Assembly (NCBI GenBank): GCA_025603075.1
Contig: MU626263.1
Coordinates: forward strand, 1-64,000
Source of the DNA: Neoconidiobolus thromboides FSU 785
Taxonomy: Eukaryota > Fungi > Entomophthoromycota
DNA length: 64,000 nucleotides
Direction: 5' to 3'
In this document: positions 13,903 to 27,422 of the stretch, one piece after another
Position numbering within the stretch: position 1 is the stretch's first letter
Layout of the letters: each line of letters begins with the position of its first letter
Notes under the pieces: model-generated
Told to the model about the DNA's origin: nothing
The model's input: only the letters and a program-made list of their open reading frames with translations
The model's database searches: none
Program-made: the position numbers and the translations under genes

Positions 13903-15825
13903 ATGAAAAAAAACATGAAGCCCAAAGGCAGTATGATCACAGACTATTTTAAAAAAATTGATAAAAATAAAACACCAATGGCTAATAAAGGAAAACCAGT
14001 GATTTTAATTGGAAATGGAGACAAAACTAATAAAAGAAATGGAGACAGAAAGGTTGATGAATCAGCTACTAATAGGTATCCAAAAAGAAAGAGCGCTAGA
14101 AGAGTTAATTATAAGGTTGATGTGAAAGATAAAGGGATCAAAAAAGAAGAAGCAGAAATAGATGTTAAGGTAAGTTGTATATATAACTCTAAATAACCAA
14201 ATAACTAAATAACCAAATAACTAAATAACTAAATCTAATTCATAAACTAGCGAGAAGAAAGTGTTGAAGAAAATAGTGAAGAAGAAAATAGTTTTAGCGA
14301 AAGCGAACCCATAATAAAAAAAGATAACCAAGGGGGGTTATCAGCATATGAACTCAAACGATTAGAAACTATAAAACAAAACCAAGCTATGTTAGCTTCC
14401 TTAAATCTCACAAATAATATTTTACTAGAACCATTTAAAATTCAACAATTAAAAGAGAAGGAGAAAAAGAAAAAGAAAGCTAAAGTAGAAAAAATAGAAA
14501 AACGAGTATTACCAGTTAGGCAATCAAGAAGGTTAAAAGGATTAACGCCCAGTAGTATTGAGGACAAAAAAGTTAAAATAGAGAGAAGAGAAGAAAGAGT
14601 TTACGAAGAGGATAGGGATGTACCAGAAGATGGCAAATTTGAAGTCAAAGATACATTTTTAAGTTTGCTGGATGGATTAAACGAAAATGAAGATGTAAAG
14701 CAAGAGATGAAAGAAGAAATTAAACAAGAAAATAATGAAATAATAGACGACAATACATTTATTACTAACCAATTACAAAATATTAAATGTATTACTCATA
14801 GAGCATTAAAAGTATGTGATGAAAGAATTTATCGTATGCAATTTCATTCAAATAAAGAAAAAGTGCTATTAAGTGTAGGAAGTAAAGTGGGAGAGGTTAG
14901 TTTATTAGATGCTAGTTATTATGTCAATCGATTTAAAAATAAAGAATACATAGAGGATTTAGAATATGATTATGAAGCTCACTTACATCGATTTCGACCA
15001 CATTATCATACCATCAGTGGACTTAAGTTTCAACCGAATCAAGAACATTGTCTTCTGACTTGTAGCTACGATAATACCATTAAAAAAATGGACTTAAATC
15101 AACAAGAGAGTATAACAACTTTTAATTATTTAGAAAGTAAAGATCTGATTTGTAGTTTAGATATAAATAAACATGATATTAATTTAGCCTATTTTTCAAC
15201 TATCAATGGTAACATTGGACTTCATGATTTAAGAGATGACAAAGCAAAAATACATAAATTAAGTAATAAAAAGATAGGAACTATTAGTTTAAATCCAAAA
15301 TATGAACACATATTTGCTACGGCTTCATTAGATAGAACTGTTAAAATTTATGATAGTAGATATTTGAATGAGGGTAATTATCTTTATCAAGACGAGCTAA
15401 GTCTGTCCGTTTCTTCAGCTCATTTTGATCCTACAGGAAAGAAGTTAGTGACCACATCCTTTGAAAATACAATTAAAGTATATGAATATAATAATAATAA
15501 TAATCCAACAAACATGGATTTTTCGCCCAATACAAGAATTCATCATAACTGCCGAACTGGTCGATTTGTTACTATATTTCAAGCTAAATTTCATCCCGAT
15601 CCTATAATTGGACATCAAGTTATTACAATAGGTGATATGGAAAGAAAGATTTGTTTTTATAATTCAATAAATAGTAAACCATTGGTTAGATTTGCTAATA
15701 AGGAATTGATATCAGCTATACCTGCTGTGGTGGAATATCATCCTAAAGTGAGATTGAGAGATAGTTTTATGGGTAATTTATTGGCCACAGGAAATAATGG
15801 TGGGAAGATATTAATGTTGATGTAA
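13903..15825 (+). CDS. CMR1: CMR1/WDR76 DNA-damage-binding WD40 protein, copy 3 (intron 14170-14250)
   Basis: In-frame phase-0 splice; LKVCDERIYRMQFH and HNCRTGRFVTIFQAKF match CMR1 family motifs. Confidence 0.88.
14195..14234. repeat. 8-bp tandem repeat (AAATAACY)n within the CMR1 copy 3 intron
   Basis: aaataaccaaataactaaataaccaaataactaaataact, about 5 units. Confidence 0.7.
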
Positions 15826-16039
15826 TTTGATTTTATGGTTTTTTAAGGGATTAAAGTTTGGGCTTTTATTTTTTGAGATTTGATTTTTGAAATTTTTTAA
15901 AATTGATTTGATTTTTGATTGTTTTAAATGACTAAAAGTGAAGTTGAATTATGACCTCATCCATTTTAAATGAAAAGAATAATAATGCCTAAATTAAATT
16001 TCCAATTTATTTTTTTATTTCTTATTTTTATAGTTTCAA

Positions 16040-19000
16040 ATGAATACAGCAGACTTATTAAATGAAGATATTGATTTGGATTATTATTCAAGACAAATGT
16101 AACTTCTAGTACTTATTTTTAAATAATAATGATAATTATTTTTCTATTAAAGTTATGTTTATGGACTTGAAGGTCAAAAAAAATTAGCTACAAATAAAGT
16201 ATTAATATTTGGCTTAAACGGACTTGGTTTAGAAGTAGCTAAAAATTTGATATTATCTGGAGTGGGTAGTGTTTCTATCTTTGATGATAAACGAGTTACT
16301 ATTGATGATTTGAGTTCACAAGTAAGTTTTTTATGGAAGAATTATAGTAAGATAAAATGTTTAATTTGGCTCATGATATTAGTATTTTTTAACGGAAGAT
16401 GATATTGGAAAATTCAGAGCTCAATGTTCTATTGATAAATTAAAACAGCTAAATTCAAGAGTTAGAGTTAATTTATTAGATAAAGAACCAGAAAATAAAG
16501 ATTTGGAAGACTATCAAGTAAATGGTTTATAGTTTTTATAATAATTATAGTAGTTTATTAATTATTTTATTTTGTTTTATAGAGTATAGTACTAAGTGAA
16601 GTAACATTAGATAAGCAAATTTATTTTAATGAACATTGCCGTGTTCATAATATTCAATTCATTAATGTTGATGTCCACGGTTTATTTGGGTAAGTTTATA
16701 TTATGCGAATAAGTCCAAATTCAAGCTTATTGATGAGTTTTTTTATTACAATAAAGTCAATTATTTATTGATTTTGGACCCGAATTTATTACCCATGATA
16801 AAGATGGAGAACCTCTTGAAAAAGGATTAATTGAAAATATTAGTAAAGTAAATATAGAAATAATAAATCATTTTGTTGTTATTTGTTATTATTGTACTAT
16901 GATAATAAAACAACAATAATCATATTAGATTGTAATACTTTTGTTTTTTAGGGAGATGATGGAATCGTATTATGTTTAGAAGAAAATCGACATAATTTAA
17001 CAGATGACGATTTAGTACAAATTCGAGATGTACAAGGAATGATTGAATTAAATGATATTTCAAGTTTAAAAATTAAAGTTCATTCACCATTTGAATTTAG
17101 TATTGGAAGTACTAATAGCTATTCAGATTATATATCTGGTGGATCATTTATTCAAATTAAACAAGCAACTAAAGTAGAATTTGTAAATAAGTTTTTTATT
17201 ATTTAGCATATTTCTATAGAATAATCAATTAACTTATTATTTTTTATTTATTTAGAAAAGTTTAAAACAAAATTTAAAGGAGCCCAATTTATTAATTAAT
17301 GAAGATTATCTGAAAGAAAAATATATTAATCTTCATATTGCTTTTTATGGATTAAATTGTTTTATTCAATCTCATTTAGAAGTTAAAGATGATATCAAAG
17401 GATTAGAAGATTATTTAAGTATTTGTATTAAATTCAAAGAAGAAAATTTTAATGAAGTAAATATTATTATTTTATATCCTTATTATTTTAAATAATTTTA
17501 TTAACATATCTTTCATTTTAAAATAGATTAAATTAAATTATGATTTATTAAATAAAGTATTTCATCAATCTCAACTTAATTTGATGCCCATGGCCGCTCT
17601 ATTTGGTGGTTTAGCTGCTCAAGAAGTTATCAAAGTAAGTAGATTAATTTTAATTAGAGAATACTAATAATGATAACCTACTTTTGTATTTATTTTTATA
17701 TTTAACAGGGATTGATTTGTAAATTTACGCCAATTAATCAACTATTTTACTTTGATTCTATTCATGAATTAATTGATGATAATAATAACAATTCCAATGA
17801 AAACGATACGGAAGATACAAATATTGAAGAGGTAAATAATAGTAATATATAATATGCAATATATTAGATTAATATATATAATATAATATATCAATATTAG
17901 GAATCAGAAAATAGATATTCATCCCAGATCAAACTATTGGGAAAAGAAATACAAAGTAAATTAAATAAAGAAAATGTATTTTTAGTTGGTATGGGAGCAA
18001 TTGGTAATGAAATATTGAAAAATTTAATAATGATGGGAGTTGGAAGTGAAGGGCAATTACATATTACCGACTCTGATATAATTGAAAAATCAAATTTAAA
18101 TCGACAATTATTAACACAAGAAAAAGATATCAATTTCAATAAATCAATAATTGCATGTCAATCTGTACTAAATATTAATCAAAATTATCAAGGCCATTTA
18201 AAAGCATACAATTTGAAATTAGATAATAATTTAATGAGTGAAATGGAATTTAATGATTCATTTTATTCGAAATTAAATACTGTATTTAGTAATTTAGATA
18301 ATATGAAAACTAGAAGATTTCTAGATAATAAATGTATCAATCATTTATTACCCATGTTGGATTCAGCTACTTTAGGTATTTTAGTTATAATATGATATTC
18401 TATAATGTACGATTTTATAATATTTTGTCAGGTAATAAAGGAAGCACACAATTAATTTTACCTAATTTATCAGAATCGTTTTCTTATTCTTCGGATCCAA
18501 TTTCAAAAAGTATACCAATGTGTACATTAAAACATTTTCCATATCAAATTGAACATACAATTCAAGTAAAATAACAAATTAGTTTAATTAATTATTATAA
18601 ATTAAATATTAATGAATTATTAATAGTGGGCTAAAGATTTATATAAAGAAAAATATCAACAAAATATTAATTATTGTCGAGGATATTTGAAAGATGAAAA
18701 ATATATTATGAAAATGAAAAGCAAAAAAAACATAAGTAAACAAATGATTATGGTATTAAATGAATATTTAAATACATTTTTACCAAAAAATTATTTGGAC
18801 TGTATTAAATGGGCACGATTTTTATTTGAGGATTTATTTGTTAATCAAATTAAACAATTATTATTTAATTTTCCAATGGACGCCTTAAGTTCAGATAACA
18901 AATCAAAGTTTTGGAGTCCACCAAAAAAATGTCCCACTCCTCTTCATTTTACAATTCATAATGTAAACTATTTTTACATATCTTATTTTGTTAATATTTA

Positions 19001-20194
19001 ATATTTCTTTTTTAGGATTTACATATTAATTTTATAATTGATACAGCTCAATTATTCGCTCATACATTTAAAATCAAAGGTAATATAAAATTTAAGTTAA
19101 TAATAATAATTCAGTAATAATAATAATAATAATTTGATAGTAACAAAAGATGAAGACCAAATTATCCAGTATTTAAAAACTATTCAACTACCTGAATTTA
19201 TACCAGATGAAAATAAAGCCATTCAAATTAATGATAATGAACCAATTAATGAAACTACTAATGAACAAGAGCTAACTCAATTAATTCAGCAATTACCAAA
19301 CAACAAACACTTGACTGAAGTAAAACCTATTGTATCTCAGTTTTCATTAGTAATTTATTAATAGCTGTATATTAAATAGTTACATTGCTAATTTATCTTT
19401 TAATTTTAGGATAGAATTAACTTAGCTATTAATTTTATAACCTCTGCATCGAATTTGAGAGCATTAAATTATGGTATTAATATTTTAGATAAATATCAAA
19501 CAATTGAAATTGCATCGGATGTATTACCAGCTACTATTACAACTACAACTATATCAGCAGCTTTATCTTGCTTAGAGTATTTAAAATTGATTAGTAATAA
19601 TAAGAAAGAAAATTATCGAAATTACTATTTTAATACTAATTTATCATTATTTACTTATTCTCAACCTAAATCACCAATGGAATTTAAGGTAATTTTATGA
19701 ACTAATAATATTTTTAATGACGATTTATTTCTTTGTGTATAATTCAGTATTTAAATACTACTTTTACTGAATGGGATCGGTTTGAAATGAAAGATATGAA
19801 ATTAAACGATTTTTTAGTTGAATTTCAAAATCAACATAAAATTGTATTAACTATGATAACTTCAGGATCCTCTTCTCTTTATATGAAACATTCTAAAAAA
19901 GAAGATCGATTGGAAATGAGGTAAGTTGAGATATTAATATATTATATTAAAGGTTTTAAGCTAATATTTAATAATTAATAACTAATTATTTTAGTTTAAA
20001 AAAGATTTATGAATTAGTCACCAAAAAAACAATATCAGATAAAGTTAAATATCTCACTTTACAAATCATGGGAATGTCTGAAGAGGAGGAATATTTAGAT
20101 GTAAATAATACTTGTATTTGTTTGTTGACTATTTATTTATAAAAAATACAATTTTGTTTTTTAGGAATTACCAGCAGTTAGATTAGAGATTTAA
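16040..20194 (+). CDS. Divergent ubiquitin-activating enzyme E1 (UBA1-like), many introns
   Basis: YYSRQ start, [39 protein letters not shown], catalytic [17 protein letters not shown]-terminal UFD (TEWDRFE). Confidence 0.9.
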
Positions 20195-20799
20195 AATAAA
20201 TGAGTTAAAACTTGAGAATTTTTTTAAATAAAGTTTTATCAAATAAGTATAATATTAATCCTATCATAATTCAATTAGTTTAATTAAAGCAGTGGAGGAG
20301 CTTTTTGATATTAAAAAATTATTGCTAATAATAAATTAAAAACTAAAAATTAAACGTTAGTTAACAATGTACCAAATTATTAAATGCTTGATTTCAAATG
20401 CTTTAAGTAGTAAATTAGTTTTATGACATCATAAGCTTCATTGATGGTAGATTATAATACTGTTAAATAATAAATAATTTAATGAATATTATTTATATTG
20501 GTTTTTTATTTGTTCATCAACTCCAATGACTTTCATTACTTTAAAACATTATTAAATTTAATAAAAAATCCTTTATTATTATACAAAAATTATAATTTTT
20601 CAGCTAAGCTCCTGTTTAACATCTTAATTACTGCTTTAGCAAGTAATCTGCAGTAAATTACTAATATCCGCTTAGTAATTATTCTTTTTAATTCCCGACT
20701 GCTATTGTATGTAGGAGATACCTTTAAATCTATAAATTTATAACCTTAATATATTTAATGTGTAAAAATAATATTTATTTTGATTTTAAATTATTATTA

Positions 20800-20897
20800 G
20801 GGGATGCTTTTTTTGGTTTCATTACTTTTCCACTTTTTAAGCTCTATTTGAGTGGAAAGATTGTTAGTAAAGTTCTTAAACAAAAAAATAGATCCCG
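20800..20897 (-). mobile_element. MITE copy 6
   Basis: GGGGATGC...GATCCCG; ATTA on both flanks. Confidence 0.8.
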
Positions 20898-21034
20898 ATT
20901 ATATTTTTATAAAAAATTATACTTAATCTGTTTTATATTTAACTGCTATATTTTTCCTATAATTTTAGCTAAAGATAGGATAGTTAGTATGAACCAGATC
21001 AACTAAACATTTATTCACTACTAGCTTGAGATAT

Positions 21035-21129
21035 GGGGATGTATTTTTTCGTTTAAGAATTTTACTAAGTTTTCCACTCAAATAACTCTTGAAAATTGAA
21101 AAAGTAAGGAAGTTAAAAAAAATATCCTG
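21035..21129 (+). mobile_element. MITE copy 7
   Basis: GGGGATGTATTTT...ATATCCTG; flanks ATAT/ATAG. Confidence 0.8.
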
Positions 21130-21399
21130 ATAGAACAAAATTATCAAATCAAAGTATTGACACAATAAAAATATCTTTCAGCACAAAAATAAATTATATA
21201 GTAATGAAATTCATAATTTTTAGTATCCTGGGTTAATTTTAGGTTAGTTTAAAAGTTTGGTTCAAATTTTGTCTAATTTTTGATTTTTAGCAAAAATTGC
21301 AATTAAACACCAAGTATTACCAAAACATTTGCATTTTACCTACTTTAGAATAGCCCATATTAGAACATTCTTATCCAGTTTTAATAGTTTTAATAACTT

Positions 21400-22150
21400 T
21401 ATGTTAAATGATAAATGTACTAGAGCTGAAATCGCAAAAAATTATTTTTATATCAAGATTTTAAACTTACCTTCGAAGTTTAAAAATTAGCTTCAATTCT
21501 TTCATTATTAATAATGGTATCAATCAAAATAAGATATATGCTACTATAAGAAGTTTTAGCAACAACACTACAAAATAACCAAAGTTAATGGCACTAGAAA
21601 GAATTACAATTTAGCTTAAAGTTACTATTTGATCATTTACATAGTTCCATCTTATAATGCTTGTTTAACTGAACTATAATGTTCATTTGAAGGCCCTTTT
21701 CTTAATACTATAGACATATTTTCAAGACGGGCATCCAAAAAACAGATAAACTTTAGATTATAAATTAAATGGTTTTAGTAGCAGTTAAAGGACTTAAAAA
21801 TGGGGTTGAAACATCAGTAACAAAGGAGTTTATAGCATCAGTAAGATTGGTACTAATAACTATATCTTTCGGAAAATGCTAATTTCTTTCTATACTTAAA
21901 ACAAAAAGTAGATTTAACTACGCTTAAAGGAAATGTGTCTAAAGTGAACATCAAGTTCAAAAAGTTGGACTAGAAAGTTGTCAGAATGTTTTCGTAATCA
22001 GTTCCAAGTCCATTTTCTTCAACATTGTTATTTTGTAGATTAATTTCACTGATAGTGGAATATGAACCAGTTCCCTTTGACAAACTTTTATTTTTATTTA
22101 ATCTCCTGCTTAATACATAATCACTTTACTATTGAAAGTTGGACTGATTG
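21400..22150 (-). pseudogene. MscL pseudogene, paralog of 55450..56330
   Basis: Reverse complement aligns by eye with the MscL exons and introns (e.g. TCAGTTAAACAAGC, ATTAACTTTGGTTATTTT); TGG>TAG and GAG>TAA stops; donor GT lost; boundaries approximate. Confidence 0.85.
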
Positions 22151-22379
22151 CTTTGGTGCGCCTGATTTTAGGTTATCTTAAAACAGTTGTTTAGTAATGT
22201 TTAAAAATTGGCTAAAGATCAATATTGAATATGTAAGGATGCGATGTTATAGTCATATATTGAGTCTAAAATTGAAATTAATACTAGTAAATACTTTATA
22301 ACAAGGACAATCAGGCTTATTGTAGTCCATAATATGATTATATACATGAAATATCTATCACTTTATTATTTGAGGATAT

Positions 22380-22997
22380 TCATTTAAATTTAAAGCCATC
22401 AAATAGCTGTAAAATCTCTTTTTTAGCGTTATCTGGGGAATCTAAAAAATTTAATAATTGTAATGATATAAAAAAATAAGCTTACCAGAGCCATGAAAGG
22501 AGTTTCTAGTATCCGTAATACCAAAGTGTGCCCTTAAAGTAGTAGGATCTGACAATATAGCTCTATAAAAAAGTTGTAAAATTATCCAATTTGATATTAA
22601 AACAGCTAACCTATCAGGTCTTGTATTCCCGATCATCTTTCTCCAAGTTGTAATTACCTGATCTCCTTCTAACACCAGTGCAAGGAAAGGGGCGCTATAT
22701 TTGATTAAATTACCAAAAACAATGGTGCTTTATGAATTACCTAGCCATATAACTTGTTAATCTATCGTAAAAAAACTTCCCATCATGTTCTTTATAAAAA
22801 GACTTTGCTTCATCTATACTCCAATAAACCTCTTTTTTTGAAACAATTTTAATATCGTCTCTACTATTGATAGTATCCAATACTCTCTCAACGTTTTTTG
22901 GTTGGTTGTATAAATCTGGTTTTATTAAGGCTAAGGTATAGAGCGACCTTAAAGTGAATTTTAGTTGACTATATTTTATATAGTTTAAGGCGATCAT
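22380..22997 (-). CDS. Nucleoside diphosphate kinase, NME6-like (3 introns)
   Basis: TLALIKPD, FYDRL, GITDTRNSFHGSDS with the catalytic His. Confidence 0.88.
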
Positions 22998-23112
22998 ATT
23001 CAATTAAAAACCTTTTAAGGATTCTATTTTTGATATTATTTAATTGGCTTAAATTGAAAAATTCTGGGATAAAACCACAAAAATCGAAAGTTATTTAAAA
23101 TTATCTTTTAGA

Positions 23113-25213
23113 ATGAAGTTAATAAATAGATTAAATAGAATAAACTTAATTAAAAGTATAAAGATTAATAAGAGTATCATTGGTACCCAAAATGTATTTA
23201 CAAAACTCGATTTAAACAACACTGCAAATAGAGTCTTCAATAGATCACTTCATTCTTCAATCTTCAATTTCAATTCAGCGGCTGAGGCTGTTAAAGCGGA
23301 TGAATTAAATACTAAAGTCGAAGATATGTTTTCACAAGAAAAAATTAGAAACTTAGCTATTATAGGTATTATATTATTAATTTAATTTGACTTTTCTTAT
23401 TTCTTGATTAGCTCATGTTGATCATGGTAAAACCACCTTAGTAGATTGTTTATTAAAGCAATCTGGTACTTTATCCACTATTCAAAGCGGCGGCACAAGA
23501 GTCATGGATAACAACGAATTAGAAAGAGAGAGAGGAATTACCATCTTATCAAAATGTACAAGTTTAGTTTATAAAGGTAACAGAATTAACATTGTCGATA
23601 CCCCTGGGCACGCCGATTTTGGGGGTGAAGTAGAGAGAATCTTAACTATGGTAGACGGAGTAGTATTGATTGTTGATGCTACTGAAGGTCCAATGGCACA
23701 AACTAAGTTCGTTTTACAAAAGGCTTTAAAGAGAGGTTTAAAGCCATTAGTAGTTTTTAATAAAGTTGATAGACCTACTTCCAGACCCGAAGAAGTAGAT
23801 TCCGAGTTATTGGACCTCTTCTCTTTGTTAGGAGCTAACGATGACCAACTTGATTATCCAATTTTATATGCTTCAGCCAAAGAAGGATGGGCTACCAAAG
23901 ATATTGGCGGTGACAAATCAGATGGAATGAAGCCTCTTTTAGATACCTTTTTAGAATTTATACCAAAGCCCGAAGGTGATAGAAGTGCACCATTTAAAAT
24001 GCTTGTTACACAACTAGAGTCAAACACATTCTTAGGAAAATGCTATCTTGGTCGTATTAATAGTGGTAAAATTAAGGTTGGAGATCCTATTCGTTCTTTA
24101 AACGAAGAAGGAAAAGTAGTCGAAGAGAATAGAATTACTAAAATCTTTTTACAAGTTGGGTTAGAAAAAATTGTAGTGGAAGAAGCTGGTGCCGGTGATA
24201 TCGTATCTATTGCTGGTATCACTAATGCTGGTGTTAATACTACTTTATGTGATCCAAATATCGATACTCCATTACCTAGTCATAAAGTAGATCCACCAAC
24301 TGTTTCTATGGTGTTCTCAGTTAATAACTCCCCCTTAGCTGGTACCGAAGGCAAGCTATTGACATCAACAGTCATTGGAAATAGATTATTGAAAGAAGCT
24401 GAAACAAACGTTGCGCTTCAAATTGTTTCACAAGGATCATCTAGCTTTGAAGTACGTGGAAGAGGTGAACTTCAATTAGGTGTTTTAATTGAAACAATGA
24501 GAAGAGAAGGTTTTGAATTAGGTATTTCTCCACCAAGGGTAGTGTTCCAAAGAGGCGAGAAAAAAGACGATATCCTTGAGCCAATCGAAGAAGTAACAAT
24601 TGATGTAGAACATGAATTTACTGGAATAGTAATTGAGAAATTGTCTAAACGTAAAGGGGAGCTTAAATCCTTCATTGAATTTGGGGATAAAGCAAGATTA
24701 ATTTTACATGTTCCTACTAGAGGATTATTAGGTTATTCTGCTGAATTTAAGAATGACACTCATGGTCAAGGTACTTTAAATCACATTTTTTACGAATATC
24801 AGAGCTATAAGGGACCTTTGGATAAAATACGTAAAGGAAGTTTATTATCGACTGCTAAAGGAGAGGTAACTTCCTATGCAGCTAACTTAATGGAACCAAG
24901 AGGTAAATTATTTGTAACACCAGGTATGCAAGTATACCCTGGTATGGTTGTTGGAGAATACAATAAAGATGACGGAGATTTAGAAGTTAACCCAGCAAGA
25001 ACTAAAGCAGTAAACAATATGCGTACTGTAATGAAAGATGAGAATATTAAACTTACAGCGGTAAAACCAATGAGTTTGGAAGAGGTAATTGCTTATGTTG
25101 CCCCTGATGAAATTATTGAAGTAACACCCAAATCAATCCGATTAAGAAAGAAAGAGCTTGATCCATCTAAAAGAAAACAAGCAGCCAAACAATTACTATC
25201 TCAATTTATGTGA
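23113..25213 (+). CDS. typA: TypA/BipA translational GTPase with probable mitochondrial presequence (intron 23366-23411)
   Basis: IRNLAIIAHVDHGKTT after splicing, ERERGITI, DTPGHADFGGEVER, NKVD, GRGELQLGVLIETMRREG. Confidence 0.95.
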
Positions 25214-25318
25214 TTTTAATATTAATAAACTTAGATTTTTATTTTGTTATATAAAGGGGTGTATAAAATCAAGTATTAAATAAAGAATAACAATTTTATA
25301 ATTAATTTATTAAATAGA

Positions 25319-26635
25319 TTAAAAAGACTTGTTTGGATTTATTTTTAGATCATCTTCAATGTTGACTCTATTAGTTGTAAATAATGTAGTATTAAAATCC
25401 ATTTCATTTATTATTTGATTATAACTACTTGGGTATGCCCAAATAATTTCATATAAATACTTTGGTGGTCGTAGTGCTCTTTTTTTCCTCCTGTATCGTA
25501 TATAATAATATGCAACAACTAATATCAATATAGTAGCACCAGATATTGTACAGCCTAATATAATATCTAATCTTAACTCAATGGTCTCTAGTTTAGGTAA
25601 ATCTTGAACTAATTTTTGAGTTCCTATATTAATAAATTGCATCTTATCATTCAATCCATTATTATTATAACCAAATAAATAAACTAAATGAGAGTTATAA
25701 CTTTTTAAACAACCTGCAAATGCAGGTTTATACCCATCAATCTTTACACTCTCCCAAGCCCAAGTCGTTGTATCTAAAATGTAAACTGAGTTTTCATCGA
25801 TTACCTTCTTACTATCTACATCATTAGTACCGCCTAATAAATAAAGCTTATCATTAAGTAAAAAAGTTGAATGTCCAACTCTTCCACTTGGAAATGTACC
25901 TTTTGCCGTAATATTTGACCATTTAGAAGCTGAATAATCGAATTTCATTATAGTATTAAATTCTAAGAACTGTCCAGTAGTATAACCATAGCCACCTAAT
26001 ATATAAATATTACCATCTTTAGAAAAAGAAGAATGTCCAGCTAAAAAAATACTGTCAGTTGATTCGATAGGAACCAAAAAATCTTTAAGTGTATCATAAT
26101 AATCTCCAGTATTGAGAACTACTTCTTCATTGTTGACTTTGGTTAAGCCGCCATAGGTGAACATGTTCTTTCTATTATTATCTAAGAAGCTAACACTTGA
26201 AAAATAGGGCATGTAAGGGTATTTTTTTTTATCATATTCTACTTCTAGAGACCCACTATCACTGGTTTTCCAAGTACTAGTTTTAATATCATAAATTCTG
26301 ATTGGAGATTCCACTTTTGTTCTATAACCACCAATTAAATATAGCTTTTGGTCGTTACCTAAAAATGAAGGATATTTTCCTGAAAAATCAATGTCTTTTT
26401 GGATTATTTGCCATTTGCTTTTTTTTTCTTCTTGACTAATACCCTCCTTTAAATTAATCTTTATAAACTCCTCATTCTTAACGCCTATACCTAAGTTTGT
26501 TCCTGTTTTTTCTCCGCTTATGTAATACAAATCATCATTTACTAGCTCGCACCCTCCTCCAACATACATTGAGTCATCTTCAAATAAGGCAACAACGTTT
26601 GCTACAAATAACACTATATAGGTTAAAAGTTGCAT
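25319..26635 (-). CDS. Kelch-repeat single-pass membrane protein
   Basis: Signal peptide; GG Kelch motifs (LYLIGGY, IYILGGY, PSGRVGHS, LYLLGG); TM followed by RYRRKKR. Confidence 0.85.
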   Translation of the reverse strand: MQLLTYIVLFVANVVALFEDDSMYVGGGCELVNDDLYYISGEKTGTNLGIGVKNEEFIKINLKEGISQEEKKSKWQIIQKDIDFSGKYPSFLGNDQKLYLIGGYRTKVESPIRIYDIKTSTWKTSDSGSLEVEYDKKKYPYMPYFSSVSFLDNNRKNMFTYGGLTKVNNEEVVLNTGDYYDTLKDFLVPIESTDSIFLAGHSSFSKDGNIYILGGYGYTTGQFLEFNTIMKFDYSASKWSNITAKGTFPSGRVGHSTFLLNDKLYLLGGTNDVDSKKVIDENSVYILDTTTWAWESVKIDGYKPAFAGCLKSYNSHLVYLFGYNNNGLNDKMQFINIGTQKLVQDLPKLETIELRLDIILGCTISGATILILVVAYYYIRYRRKKRALRPPKYLYEIIWAYPSSYNQIINEMDFNTTLFTTNRVNIEDDLKINPNKSF

Positions 26636-27422
26636 TTCAAGTATAAAAAACCATAGAATTGTTTTATATTCTCAAATAAGGAGTGAACCTTACTTTTTTT
26701 TGGAATAGAGTTTTAGTTCCTTATTCTATTCTATTGGAGTATAAGGAATAAGAAATAATTCCTCAATTAAGAACACTCAGTAATAAAGTCATAAAAGGAT
26801 AAAGTATCTTTTGTTAACTCAACTGATTTTTAAAGTTTAAGCTTAAGAGTGAACAAACCTTTCCAAAGAAAAAACATTCCTGCATATTTATCTGTTATCT
26901 ATCTCTTTTATAAAGGATAATAAACTTATAAACATGAATGATTAGGAATTAAAAATTAAAAATGAGTTTATCGTATCCTATAACGAAATGCTCCTAATTT
27001 AAGGAAAATAATATGGAATGTCTTTATTCCACATTTCATCCACTTTCTAAACAACTTAGAATTTATAAGTACAGCATCAAATTTACTGTTTTAGCCATTA
27101 AATCTAATATACAATATATGTTTTTAAGATTTTAACTAATATACTTTAACTTTTAAGTCACTTGGTATCCAGTCCACTTTGTTATGATGTTTTTTTATAC
27201 TGGCTATTTTGAGCTTTCAGTCCAATTATTTCCGCAATTAGCCTTTCGATATTCTAGTACTTTATATGATATAATATAAACAATTAATTATATCATTTAG
27301 TTCAGATATTACATATATTTAACAAAAATAAACAAAAAATCCTGGAAACGAGATTAGTACATACTAAAAATAAAAAATAAAAACTTTTTTTCAAGATTTT
27401 ATATAAAGATAATAAAAGATGA

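Noticed and set aside
20800-21129. Inverted MITE pairs as the ends of one composite transposon
   Set aside because: Outer flanks do not match (ATTA/ATAG; ATAT/ATAC at 172-702), while each copy has its own TSD.
20758-21165. ORFs 20758..21006 and 20965..21165 (also 7849, 30008, 30060, 52311)
   Set aside because: Their shared FFFxSLF/LSGK peptides are just translations of MITE copies.
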